NCBI RefSeq assembly: GCF_009914755.1
Contig: NC_060932.1
Length of the DNA stretch: 64,000 nucleotides
Reading direction: 5' to 3' (one strand)
DNA from: the human T2T-CHM13v2.0 reference genome, Homo sapiens
Shown: piece by piece, positions 43,523 through 56,665 of the stretch
Layout: every line of letters starts with the position of its first letter
How positions within the stretch are numbered: the first letter of the stretch is position 1
Translations under genes and position numbers: made by a program
Notes under the pieces: generated by a model
What the model was told of the DNA's origin: nothing
Databases searched by the model: none
The model's input: only the letters and a program-made list of their open reading frames with translations

Positions 43523-43700
43523 CTTTGTGTATTAGATTTTGAGTTTCTGGCAGAAAAACCAGATAGCAAGGGTTGTTTTTTTCACTAAAAGATTGGAAAT
43601 GTGAGTATAAACCTCTTTTATGTACAGTGTTTTTCTTGCAACAAAATACAGAATTTTGGTTAACACGTTTAATAGCCATTCTAAATGGCTGGGAGAATGC
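43523..43700 (-). pseudogene. Relic exon, RGS alpha3-alpha4-like
   Basis: Part of ORF 43425-43706: HKRGLYSHFQSFSEKNNPCYLVFLPETQNL; possible mutated donor AAG|TTAAGT. Confidence 0.55.
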
Positions 43701-44276
43701 AATCATTTAAAAAATAATATAAGCAATTGCTACTCCTAATGGTTATTCTGGTTAAGTATTAAAATATCTAAAATAAATGTGTCACATAATTTTATTTTAC
43801 CAGGTATCTGTGTCTGTGTTCACAGCACTATTAAACTAAGTTAGCCAATATTCCACTATGGAAAAATAAGACTCCATGATACACAAAACTCCCCCAAAGC
43901 AACAAGTTTTAGGACATTCATATTAAAGGACAATTGCTAATACACACTTCAATGAGACTCCTGATTTTACATATAAAAGATCTTTGATTCATTTATCCTT
44001 TCTAAATAAAAAAAAAGTCATTTTCTTGGCCAATGTTGCTATCTATATACTGTTGACTTCTAAATTGCATATCTAGTCAGGACTCCCCCCTTGCACTTCC
44101 TGCACACCTCCAACTGCTTATTTGAAATGTAAAATTGATATCTAAAGTTAGGGCATTTATATATTATTATCTGAACTAGCACTTTTAAAAGTAAAAGTGG
44201 AGCTAAAAACAAAATGATAAAATCCAAAATTTAGAAGAGTTTAAAATCATTCAGTGCTATTAAAGGACATAAATTC

Positions 44277-44590
44277 AGCTGGGCATGGTGGCTCACTCCT
44301 GTGGCCTCCATGGAGGCCGAGGCGGGTGGATCTCCTGAGGTCACGAGTTCGAGGGCAACCTGGACAACATGGTAAAACCCCGTCTCTACTAAAAAAAAAA
44401 AAAAAAAAAAAAAAAAACACACACACACAAACAACAAAAAACAAATATTAGCCACGTGTGGTGGCAGGTGCCTATATTCCCAGCTACTCAGGAGGCTGAG
44501 GCAGGAGAATCACTTGAACCCAGAAGGCAAAGTTTGCAGTGAGCCAAGATCACACCACTGCACTCCAGCCTAGGTGACAGAGCGAGACAC
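44277..44590 (+). mobile_element. AluS with expanded central A tract and no proper tail
   Basis: Dimer with a long A run plus (CA)n in the linker at 44392-44445. Confidence 0.9.
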
Positions 44591-44749
44591 AAATTCACAT
44601 ACAAAATAATTATTCAGAGGCTCAAATATTTCTAAACAGGTAGAAAAGAGAAAAAGCATTGCTATATTTGAAGATTATTTTTTATTCAACACCAGCTTTT
44701 ACACCAGAAAAATAGAACTGCAGTCATACTTCCTATGTACCATAGAGCT

Positions 44750-44751
<2 letters not shown>

Positions 44752-44794
<43 letters not shown>

Positions 44795-44803
44795 AGAGAC
44801 AGA
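44752..44803. repeat. (GT)n(AG)n microsatellite
   Basis: Seen directly. Confidence 0.95.
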
Positions 44804-45531
44804 GAAATTTAGCTTCTATTTTTATTGGTAAATTGGATGAAGCTACAAATTATGTGTGCACCACATCAAATTCCAAGTTTTTAATTTAGTAAATCTTCTG
44901 TTTTTACCTCATAACTTTTCTGCATTTTCTGCAATAAAATTTGTTTTCCTAACATCATGTCATCTTATCTTAAATGTTTGACCATTTAATTAAATTTATA
45001 ATAAACAGTAATCACAATATTGTTAAGTATTTTACTGGACCAGTACAGATGTCCAAAAGTTTTACTTTTATTTCATAAATCGAATGGAGACAAATTGAGC
45101 CATTATTGGGATTAACTGTTTTTCTATTTTTAGCATTTAATGGCTTTGATATAAAACTAGCATCATGTAACTGTGAAGTCTTCTGTTAATGGAGCTATAA
45201 CTTCATTTTTGTATGAACAAAAAAATCCTTGAAATCTAAAATGAGCAAAATTATTTTAGAAGAACAGTAATTTCATCTAAATGAAAAGCCAAGCTTCAGA
45301 AAGTGATTAATTAAACACAACTATAGCAGCTGCATGCATTAAATTATTATCATTGGGTAAAATCTTTTTAAATGGCTATAAATGTTTGAACTAGATTGGT
45401 TTTCTGATTTTCACGTGGTCAGTGGAATCACTTTGACTCACTGTCTTCATCAGCTCAGGTTTCCATCACAAAATACCACGGATTGGGTGGCATGAACAAC
45501 AAAAATGATTTCTTACAGTCCTGGAAGCTAG

Positions 45532-46830
45532 TGAGAGGTGACAGCGTGCTGGCAGTCCTCACAGCCCTCGCTCTCTCTTGGCGCCTCCTCTGCCTGGGCT
45601 CCCACTTTGGCGGCACTTGAGGAGCCATTCAGCCCACCGCTGCACTGTGGGAACCCCTTTCTGGGCTGGCCAAGACCGGAACCGGCTCCCTCAGCTTGCA
45701 AGGACGTGTGAAGGGAGAGGCGCCAGCGGGAACCGGGGCTGCCCCCGGCGCTTGCAGGCCAGCTGGAGTTGCGGGCGGGCGTGGGCTTGGCGGCCCCGCA
45801 CTCAGAGCAGCCGGCAGGCCCTGCTGGCCCCGGGCAATGAGGGGCTTAGCACCCGGGCCAGCGGCTGCGGAGGGTGTACTGGGTCCCCCAGCAGTGCCAG
45901 CCCACCGGCGCTGCGCTCGATTTCTCACCAGGCCTTAGCTGCCTTCCCGCGGGGCAGGGCTCCGGACCTGCAGCCCGCCATGCCTGAGCCTCCCACCCCC
46001 TCCATGGGCTCCTGTGCGGCCCGAGCCTCCCGGATGAGCGCCACCTCCTGCTCCACGGCGCCCAGTCCCATCGACCACCCAAGGGCTGAGGAGTGCGGGT
46101 GCACAGCACCAGGACTGGCAGGCAGCTCCACTTGCAGCCCTGGTGCGGGATCCACTGGGTGAAGCCAGCTGGGTTCCTGAGTCTGGTGGGGACGTGGAGA
46201 ACTTTTATGTCTAGCTCAGGGATTGTAAATACACCAATTGGCACTCTGTATCTAGCTGAAGGTTTGTAAACACACCAATCAGCACCCTGTGTCTAGCTCA
46301 GGGTTTGTGAATGCACCAATCGACACTCTGTATCTAGCTACTCTGGCAGGGCCTTGGAGAACCTTTATGTCTACACTCTGTATCTAGTTAATCTAGTGGG
46401 GACGTGGAGAACCTTTGTGTCTAGCTCAGGCATTGTAAACGCACCAATCAGCACCCTGTCTAAACAGACCACTCAGCTCTACCAATCAGCAGGATGTGGG
46501 TGGGGCCAGATAAGAGAATAAAAGCAGGCTGCCCCAGCCAGCAGCTGCAACACGCTGGGGCCCCCTTCCACGCTGTGGAAGGTTTGTTCTTTCCCTCTTT
46601 GCAATAAATCTTGCTACTGCTCACTCTTTGGGTCCACACTGCTTTTATGAGCTGTAACACTCACCACGAAGGTCTGCAGCTTCACTCCTGAAGCCAGCGA
46701 GACCAGGAGCCCACCGGGAGGAACGAACAACTCCAGACGCGCCACCTTAAGAGCTGTAACACTCACTGCGAGGGTCCGCGACTTCATTCTTGAAGTCAGT
46801 GAGACCAAGAATCCACCCATTCCGGACACA
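45532..46830 (+). mobile_element. LTR12C-like (ERV9) solo LTR, 1299 bp
   Basis: tgagaggtgacagcgtgctggcagtcc...ccggacaca; 4-bp TSD CTAG; CpG-rich 5' part; tandem tctagct/CCAAT repeats. Confidence 0.97.
46205..46530 (+). promoter_or_regulatory. LTR12 U3 CCAAT (NF-Y) array and AATAAAA TATA-like box
   Basis: Five CCAAT motifs between 46234 and 46487, gataa at ~46509, aataaaa at ~46517; activity inferred from family knowledge. Confidence 0.65.
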
Positions 46831-47070
46831 CTAGAAGATCCAAGACTGAGAGTGCCACCAATGAGAGTTCCCTTTCTGGCTTGCCAATGGCTGCCTTTTT
46901 GCTATGCCTTCTCCTGGCTTTTCCTTAGTACGCATGTGAAGAATGAGAGGTAAGGAGTGAGAGACAGAAAGAGAGAGAGAGAGACAGAGGGAGACGGAGA
47001 CAGTCAGCCTATTTGTATAAGGCCACCAATCCTAGTGGATTAGGACTACACGATTAAGACCTTATTTAAC

Positions 47071-47407
47071 AGCCAGGCTCCGTTGCTCACCCCTGTAATC
47101 CCAGCACTTTGGGAGGCCGAGGTGGGTGGATCACTTAAGGTCAGCAGTTCGAAAGCAGCCCGGCCAACATGGTGAAACCCCATCTCTACTAAAAATACAA
47201 AAATTGGTTGGGAATGGTGGTGCATGCCTGTAATCTCAGTTTACTTAACAGCCAGGCTCAGCGGCTCACCCCTGTACAGGAGGCCGAGAAAGAAGAATCG
47301 CTTGAACCCAGGAGGCGGAGACTGAAGTGAGCCAAGATCACTGGTTGCACTCCATCTAGCCTGAGCAACAAAGTGAGACTGCATTTCCAGAAAAACAAAT
47401 AAATAAA
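47071..47407 (+). mobile_element. AluSx-like with internal templated insertion
   Basis: TSD aagaccttat(t/g)taac at 47056-47070 and 47408-47422; extra segment at 47241-47276. Confidence 0.93.
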
Positions 47408-48364
47408 AAGACCTTATGTAACAAATAACCTCCCTAAAGACTCTATCTGTAAATTTAGTCACATTGGGGGTTAACATTCAACACATAAATTTTATAGAAC
47501 ACAAATCAGTCCATAGCACATGCATAATACATACATAATAGATTTTTTAAATGTCTCAACATATTGTACAAGTACATGCTTATTATGAACTTTCTTCAAA
47601 AAAAAAATCCAATGATCTATTTTTGGTTAAACAATCATTTTCATTTATTTGAGCTCATTTCTGTCAAATGGCTTATTGCATTATCAAACAATAAAACAAA
47701 TAAGTATTTGCTTGGACTTAGATCATAAATAATAAAACCACTATAGCAAGGATAGTCAGACAACTCCCTCTCAACTCTGTGGTAGAACTTCTTGGCTCCT
47801 ATTTCCTATACCTATTTCACGTACACTTGGCTTATATGTACCCATGCTTTCCACTAACTTGGCTCACCATAGGCCTGGGGTTTTGTGCATGTTGCAGGCA
47901 CAATCATGTCATAGCACATCCAGCATTGGGTCCTCTCCTACCGCCACCACCAGGTCAGAGGGAGTTAGTTGCTGCTACCTACATACATTTTGTTTTATCT
48001 GTAAATGTCCTGCATTGGTCTTTGAAAGGGAACTATCAGTCATATGCAAAAATGAAAGGTCAAAAACAAATGACAAATTATTTCTGTCCTTCTCTCAGAT
48101 TTAACCAAGTATTAAAGTGAGAAGTCTATTCACTTCCCTGCATACCTTCCACACTACTAGTCAAAGCCATGACAGAAGCTGCAAGCACAGAGTGGAGGTC
48201 CACCACACCAAAACCAAGCTGGTTTCAATGTAACTATTTGTAGTGAGTTGATGCCACTCGCCACCAAAAAACAAAACAAAACAAAAACAAAACAAAAAAC
48301 CTCCAATCAAAACCTGTGTAGGCAAATTTATTTAGAAAAAAATGTGTTCATAAATATAATCAAG

Positions 48365-48698
48365 GATCTCAGGATGACATCATCTTGGATTGGAGTGGGC
48401 CCTAAATTCAATTAGTGTCTTTAGAAGAGAAAAGATACACAGAGAAGAAGGGCATGTGAAGAAGGAGGCAGAAATTGGAGTAATGTATCTGCAAGTGAAG
48501 GAATGCCAAAGATTGCCAGCAGCATCAGAAGCTAGAATGAAGGCATGAAAGAAATTTTCTCTCGGGACTTCCAGAAGTCCTGCCAACACCTTGATTTCAG
48601 ACGTCTGACCTCCAAAACTGTGAGAGAATACAGTTCTATTTGATTTAGCCAGCCAGTTTTTGGTAATCTGTCAAGGCTGCTAGAGGAACATAATACAC
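48365..48698 (+). mobile_element. MLT1B/C LTR
   Basis: ggaggcagaaattggag...ccaacaccttgatttcaga...cctccaaaactgtgagagaata. Confidence 0.85.
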
Positions 48699-48725
48699 TA
48701 CTAATACTAATATTATGTTACATTA

Positions 48726-49094
<369 letters not shown>

Positions 49095-49491
49095 CTAAAC
49101 CAGGACTTTTCAGAAAAACTAAGCATGTCTCAAATTTGCTATGTTCAGCTGAACCTTTCCTCTTCTCCTTCTAGACTCAATTTTTAAATTTTTTCCTTCT
49201 TAGATAAAAATCCCAGGTTTTTACTTGCTCAGGCCAAAATTTTGAAATTATTTATACTGCTCTCTTTTAAAGTTGCATTGTAATCTATTAGTAAATTTTA
49301 TCAGCTCTACCTTGGAAATATATCTAAATTCCACCACTTACCACCTCCACTGTTCCCACCTTGGTCCAAGGCTGTTGTCTTCTATCACCACCTCCCAGTT
49401 GGTCTCCCTGCTTCCAACCTTGTCTCTATTTAGTCTTTAATCAGAGTAGCTAAAAAGATCTTTTCAAAATCTAAGCCAGATAGTGTAACTG

Positions 49492-49791
49492 TTTTTTTTG
49501 TTTTTTTTGTTTTTTTTTTTGAGATGGAGTCTCACTCTGTCACCCAGGCTGGAATGCAGTTGCACAATCATAACTCACTACAGCTTCGACCTCCCTGGTT
49601 CAAGAAATCCTTCCACTTCAACCTCCCGAACAGTCGGGACTACAGGTGTGCAACACTATGCCTGGTCAGTTTTTAAATTTTTTTGTAGAGATAGGATCTC
49701 ACTATGTTGCCCAGGCTGGTCTTAAACTCCAGGGCTCAAGCAATCCTCCCACTTCAGCCTCCCAAAGTGCTAGGAGCCACCGCTCCCAGCC
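49492..49791 (-). mobile_element. AluJ adjacent to an L2 remnant
   Basis: J-type dimer with poly-T. Confidence 0.9.
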
Positions 49792-50289
49792 TATAAATAA
49801 TTTAGCAAGTTGTTCATAGATTAAAAATAAGGAAAAATTACTTTTAAAAAATCCCACCTTTCCTGCAAGATTGTGCCTGTTGAAGTATTTTACTTGTAAC
49901 CTCTTTATGTATTTTAACCTTAATTGGCCTTACGAAATTTATGAATATATGTTTACTAAGCATTTTTCTATTTAACCACCTCTGTAGCCAAACACACACA
50001 AACACACACACACACACTTCTACATAGCCCTTTGGAACGACTTTCACAATTTTACTAATAAAAAGAAATATACCCTTAGAAAACCAATAAAACATGTCTC
50101 CTTCACGTTCAAGCTAGACTTTGTCATATAACTTCTAAACCAAAACTCTCTGGCTTCCTATGCATGAAGGCTTAAATTATTATGAAGAAATCATAATAGT
50201 CTGGGACAGCTATGACAAGGACCTGAACCAAGAAAATTACAGTGGGGAACACATCACCAACAAATAAGAAACAGTGTCACTATTACTAT

Positions 50290-50710
50290 ATCCCCTAAAA
50301 AGGTATGATAGAGGCGTAATAATACTTCAGATAGTGATCTTATTTGGAAATAGGGTCATTACAAATGTAATTAGTAAGTTAAGATGAGATCATACTTGGG
50401 TAGCATGAGCTCTTAATTCAATGTGACTGGTGTCTTTATAAGGAAAGAGAGACATTTGCGGAAAACACCATGTGATGGCAGAGGCAGAGACTGGAGAGAT
50501 GCAGATACAAGCAAAGGAATGCCAACAATCAGTGGTCACTATTGGAAACTAAGAAGAGCCAAGGAAGGACCCCTCTCCTAGGCCTTCAGAGGGAGCGTGG
50601 CCCCGCTGACACATTGACTTCTGTCTGGCCTTCAGAACTGTGACAGAATACATTTCTGTTGTTTTAATCCACTCTGATTTCGGTACTTTGTTATGACAGT
50701 CATAACACAG
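50290..50710 (+). mobile_element. MLT1C-like LTR
   Basis: tatttggaaatagggtc...gaggcagagactggag...cagaactgtgacagaatacatttctgttgtttta. Confidence 0.85.
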
Positions 50711-51032
50711 CATGTCACCCTGAGTAAAGCCAGTATTAAAATGACCTACTTGGCTTTTTTATACTTTGGTTCCCATCTTGTTCATACTCTCATCCCCTAC
50801 TACTTTTTTTGCTTGTTCCTTCAGCTCTAGCCACTTTGGCTTTTTTTGTGTGTTTCTCTTATATTCTAGGCATCCTCTTGCCTAAAGGAATTGGCATTTT
50901 CTGTTCTTTGCTTGGAAAACTTTACCCTTAGATGTCTGAACTCACCAACTTTGGGGCTTAACTCATAGGCTACCATCTCTGTTAGACTTTCCCTGGCTAC
51001 CATGTTTATAATTAAAACTATATTCCACTCTT

Positions 51033-51204
51033 GGCAGCGTGTGGTGGCACACACCTATAGACCTAACTACAAGGAAGGCTGGGATGGGAGAATCACTTGC
51101 ACTCAGGAGATCAAGTCTACAGTGAGCCATGATTGCACCATTGCACTACAGCCTGGGGGAGAGAGCCAGAACCTGCCTCAAAAAAAAAAAAAAAAAAAAA
51201 AAAA
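51033..51204 (+). mobile_element. Alu right monomer (FRAM/AluJ)
   Basis: Single arm followed by poly-A. Confidence 0.85.
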
Positions 51205-52439
51205 CACCACCACTATAATCTTCAAATTCTCTATTCCAATTTCTATATTTTTTCCACAGCACTTTTTATGTGCTATTGATATACTGATTTATTCTATATA
51301 TCAATAATATATACATATTTTGTTTATTTTGATTACCACTATGTCTCTAGCACTTAGTATAGTAGTTGGCAAACAGTAGGTACTTAAGACTTATTTTTTG
51401 AAACAATGAATAAATTTAAAATGTGGCATAGTCAAAGAAATGTGCATAAAAATTGAGTATGGCTGGAGTTGGTTTTTGCTTTCTTGGCAGGCTATGAAGG
51501 ATTAAAAGATCATGCTAAAAATAATCAAAAGCTATATTATAGATGATAGTGCATGGTATATCAAAAATTTGGACTTGATCTTTTAGCTCAATTGTTTTCA
51601 AAATTGTTTGGTTGGAATTTGCTATAGTTGCTTATATGGCAACACATCATACAAACAAAATCTTACCCACAAAAATATGTAAAAACGGTAAAGTTAAATT
51701 CCTCAGTAGGAAACAAGATAAGGTTGCCAGGATCTTGCCCTCTGTCTGTTTCTTTTCCTCTTCATCACACCTGAAGGTCACAGTATTTAAATCAAGATTC
51801 CTAAGAGCATAAGTTGAGAAGTATTGCTTTAAGCTATAGAAAACTTCTGAAGGATTTAAGCAGTTACATGATGAGATTTGCATTTTTTAGACTGGGGCAA
51901 CAATATGAAGGATGAAGCAGAGGTTTGCAAAACTGAAAGCAGAAAGGCAGCAGGTTGGAAATCATAATCATCCAGAAGAGCTATGACAAGGACCTGAATC
52001 AAGAAAATAACGGTGGAGAACATCACCAACAAGTGAGAAATGGTGTCACTATGACTTGATTAATTCGTTAATATGTAGAATGAGGGGAAAAGAAGAGGGG
52101 GACTTCCAGGTTTCTACATTGGATGCCTAGATGAAAGATGGTGCCATTTATTAATACAGAGAATATAGAAAGAGAAACAGTTTGACACTAAAGACATTCA
52201 GCCTACAAAAGTCTTGATTCCACAAATTCCACACAATTAGCTTCCACAAATACCACAAAAAAGGAACTGTGGCATTTCTACCTCCTACTTGGCCTCAGGG
52301 AATCCTGGATGAATAATGACTAGGTGCTACTAACCAGGTCACTCATTTGCCAACCTCATACCTCCGTGTTCCCTATCAGAATGTGTCTCAAAACCTGTGG
52401 AGATTAAAAACACGAAGCAACAATGCAAGCACCCTAGAA

Positions 52440-52629
52440 ATCAATGGTAAATTGCCCATCTGACTGTGGCCATCTGCTTCTCAGCTGGCATATCCTTGGA
52501 GATGCCTTAGTATGGATGTTTACGATTGCTTCAGTTTCTGTAATCATAAACTATTGGATGGCCCCCTATAGAGTCCAACAACATGACAGTCATCCTCCAT
52601 AACAGAAGAGAACTGGGGTAAATGAATTC
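52440..52629 (-). pseudogene. Candidate relic exon
   Basis: Strong acceptor ttctgtctatctttttcctAG; MTVMLLDSIGGHPIVYDY in one frame; donor uncertain. Confidence 0.4.
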
Positions 52630-53419
52630 CTAGGAAAAAGATAGACAGAAAATGTCTAAAACGCAGATCCTCCTTTTTACCATCCCTGTTGAGTAGCACC
52701 TTTTTTTAAGGAGATGAGTTTCTTGAAACTCAGCAACATTTGCCCATCACAGGTACTAATATTAATATTCCTCAGTTTAAGAACTGAAATTTGTTTGATC
52801 TTGAGTCTGGCAGCATTCTAAACTTTTTAAAATTTGAACTTATTTTCATACTATAATTATGACCACAGTTTTTGAATTAAAGAAATAAAGAAATAGGGGG
52901 TTTCTAATTTGTTTTAAAAAATGTAAAGGTCATAACTGGAATTCAAATTCAGTTGCCCATCAAGAGTATGCATAATGCTAAAGTATCTCACATATGAGCA
53001 AAAGTGTTAGGCTCCATATAGTTTTAAGTATAACATTTCAAAAAATTTGTTTTAGTGAATAATTTATATATAAGACATTCGGATAATATTATAATGGCTA
53101 GAAAAAAAATTGACTATAATTGATATTTCCTCAACAGAACCAGAGATATATTTCGGTGTTTCAAACACTATTTTTGTTGTTGTTAAGGAAAATTATCTTC
53201 CTGCTATACAGATCACTAATGGAAACTTTTGGTTTAGTTCTTGGCTAAGACAGACTCTTCATTTACTTAGTAAAGTTTGCATCTAATAAAAGATTACACA
53301 AAATACATACAAAATATCTGGAAATGTATAGAATAACTTCATTATCAATTTTTTATCACTTAAGCAGTTTTAGAATATATATACTTTAGATAATTTAAAC
53401 AACAAAAGATAATATAGTA

Positions 53420-53595
53420 TTATCATACTAGTTATGTATTATTAATTTAATTGTACATTTTAAAATAACTAAAATAGTATAATTAGATTGTTTGAAAAAC
53501 AAAGGATAAATGATTGAGGTGATGGATACCCCATTTACCCTGATGTGATTATTATACATTACATGCCTGTATCAAAATATCTCATGTAACACATT
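53420..53595 (+). mobile_element. L1MA 3' end
   Basis: aaaggataaatgattgaggtgatggataccccatttaccctgatgtgatt. Confidence 0.85.
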
Positions 53596-55189
53596 TAAAT
53601 GAATAAATGAATGAAGCAATCAGTTCAGTCAATATTTAACAAGTATTTCTGACTCGCTCATTATGGGAAGGTGGCCATATATTGTATTGCCCAAACGAAA
53701 TGTTGATATTGAAGATAAGTGCTAAGCTGGGGCAATATGCTTAAAATAGGAAAAGCCTGGGAAAACTGAGATGTGGTCACTGTAATTAGGAGCAAGTAGC
53801 TGTACTGTACACATAATAGCTGAATATTACAACCTATGCTGATTACAATGGTGAAACAGCAGATATGATCTTTATTTTCATCAAATAGCAATCTAGTAGG
53901 GGAGATGCATTAAACACATACTCATTTTAGTTAATGCACAATTATAAATTGCATGTGTTTTACATCAAAAGGAAAATCATTCCTCAAGAATGAATATATC
54001 TTAAACTGAGACTTAAAGGAGGAATGGACCATTGTAAACAAGAAAACACTATGTGTGAAGTCTGATTAGTGGGTAGGACTAGAGTGATCATTAAGAGAAC
54101 CAAAAGGTCACTATGCTAGAGCCGGGAAAGTAAGTAGTAGAATGGTTCAGATAAGTCTAAAAGGATAGCTGACATTTTGATCAGGCAGGCCTTTTATGTA
54201 TGATAATGGCTTTTGTCTGAAATCTAAGGGAAATGAAATTTATTGAACTCAGAGAGATAGCAATAATAAAAAAATGGCAGACAATATGAAGATTAGTTAA
54301 TTGGCCAAATTAAAGGAAGTGACTCATCATATAAGAAATGTAAGAAAAGGAGGAAAAAAACTGATTAAAAATCTTCTTAACTGTTTATGAGAATTCCAGA
54401 TTTTACTCACAAGCAACATCATGTAATATTTCTTGTATTTTAGAATACTTTACGCATGTTATATTTTTATTTAAATGTTAATAAAACTTGAAACTCCTTA
54501 CTGATGACTGATTATTCATGAGGAGAAACTTTAGTTTACAGAATATTCAAACATTTTGTGTCTTTCCTCCCTCCCATAGTATTTACTTTATTACCAATTT
54601 GGATCTCCTTTCAGATGGTTTGTCAGATCAAAAATAAAAGAGAAATTGAAATTCTATTTCAAAACATTTTCCTTGTGTAAGAAATAAAATATTTTAGGAT
54701 ATCAACCCAACTGTTAAAACAAAGAATTTTATATTCATTATAATTTTAACTTAAGGTTACAATAAGAAGTTCTTTCTTTAATATTATCTTAGCAAAGACC
54801 ACCACAATGGCCTAAATTGTAGTAATGGCTTAATTGGTGGTATCCTTAAATCTTCTTGCTTAAAAAATGTATTTGATCAAAGGTTGTCATTTCTTATCTG
54901 TATTTTAAGTGAGCTTTTTTTTGAAAACTGAAAATACCAACTGAATACAACCACCTAAGGCTACAGATATCAGAAAAAGCTCTTTGTAAAGATGAATATT
55001 CAGGTTTTATTTAAAAAGGGGTATGAATCAGAAGTTTCCCATCTCAACTGATTTGTGCAAATATTTTTATCTATTGACTATTTGTTCATAAAATGCTTTC
55101 ATGAGTATTAGTTTGTCATTCTTATCAGGTCCCCCTTCCCAAATTAAGCAGGAAAACACACAACTTAAACTTTTAGAGTTTCAAGTGAG

Positions 55190-55640
55190 AATGATAAAGA
55201 GATATTTTGGGATAGGCAAGACTATGACTTAATTTCCTATGTGAGTGTGGCCCTGAATACATGAAGCAGAGATGATGAATTTTCCACCATAAGTTTTGTT
55301 CCTCTTTCCATAGTACAGTGATATAATTGAGAAATAGCTGCCCTGCCAGGGACCACATGTTCAGATGCCTTGAATCTATGGAACTTTTTGTGTATATTAT
55401 CTATCCTCTATTCCCCCATCTGCCAGCTAACTGCAATAGATTCTGAAACCCTACAGGATGGCAAAAGTACAGAATGAAGGAGCCTGAGTCTCTAATCAAT
55501 CACGAAGAGTAAAGCTAGTGTTCAACTAAGAGCTTCCATGTTGACTGTTACATGATCAATAAATAAATTTCTATTGGCTAAAGTCACTGAAATTTTAGCA
55601 TGTATTTACATCAGCAATTAGAACCCTAATATACTACCCA
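55190..55640 (+). mobile_element. Old MLT1 LTR
   Basis: gaaggagcctgagtctct...aataaatttctattggctaaagtcactgaaatttt. Confidence 0.6.
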
Positions 55641-55967
55641 ACAGTGGTAAACGGGTATTGCAGCAAAGAAAAAAAATAGAAAAAAGCTACACTTTCCTTT
55701 AACAAAGTAATGTTTTGCCTTCTTAATTTTGTTAGATATTCATATAAATGTCTGTTTTAAAAAGTCTTTGAGATGGTTAATATTATTTTAATCCACAACC
55801 CTTTTTGCATTCTCAAAGACATTTCCTTTTTCTTAAAGAGTTCAATCATTTTGACTTGAAAGTTAAAGCTTATGATATGCTGGACAAGTTGCCCTTTTCA
55901 AATAAAACTCCTAATTTTCTTCATGACTAAAGGAAAATAAAATCACTAGTATTTAATTTAAACTTAC

Positions 55968-56105
55968 CTGTTATTTGTGCAATTTATATTGTATTAATAG
56001 TGCAAACTCAGTCTCTTGAATTTTAGAAATATATTTATGCAGGATCTATTTTTAAAGACACATTTCTGCAATAATTTAGACTCCCGTTTTGTAACATAGT
56101 ACCAT
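55968..56105 (-). pseudogene. Relic exon (138 nt)
   Basis: attttatttccAG ... CAG|GTAAGT; best frame WYYVTKRESKLLQKCVF...HY*YNINCTNN has one internal stop. Confidence 0.55.
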
Positions 56106-56665
56106 CTGGAAATAAAATATAATGCAGATAATTTCCCTTTTATCACCATAGCACTTTTGTGCTAGGCAAACAACTCTATATCTTCTGCTTTTAAATGAGT
56201 TTGTGCAGGTGTGCTTAAAATCTTTTCTCAATAATTTGTCTGACAACCTTCATAAAAATATTATGTTTCCCTAATCACTCCTTATGCATTTTGACATGTT
56301 TTAGGAGAAAATAAGTACAATTCAATAATTAAAATAAGGCATGATGTAATTATTGCATTAAATCATTATAATGTGTTTTATAAACAATAAGAATGTAGCC
56401 TTGAAGTTTACAGGTTATTTATTTATTCAACAAATATTTACCAAGTGTCTGAATGTATCAACTGGGTACTGTAAATAAAATGATACGTTATAGTTTTTGT
56501 CATCTATTAGAAAAATCACAACTACATATAATGAGGATAGTGCTAAAAGTAAGAAAATTAAGGAACTTGCTCAATTAGAACAATAATGGTGAGTAAATAC
56601 TAAGACCTACAAAATTAATTTTAATTCCAGAAATGCTCATTTGGAATATAAAACATTGTACTCAC

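Larger units (their letters stand above)
45443..47515 (-). mobile_element. MLT1 MaLR LTR interrupted by LTR12C and an Alu
   Basis: acaaaataccacggattgggtgg...ctggaagctag [LTR12] aagatccaaga...agtcacattgggggtta. Confidence 0.8.

Noticed and set aside
46205-46500. Spaced tctagct/CCAAT repeats (and the 44-bp repeat at 43188) as a CRISPR-like array
   Set aside because: Normal LTR12 U3 repeats in primate DNA, with no unique spacers or cas genes.
45578-46829. 194-aa and overlapping ORFs
   Set aside because: All lie inside GC-rich LTR12C, where long chance ORFs are expected.
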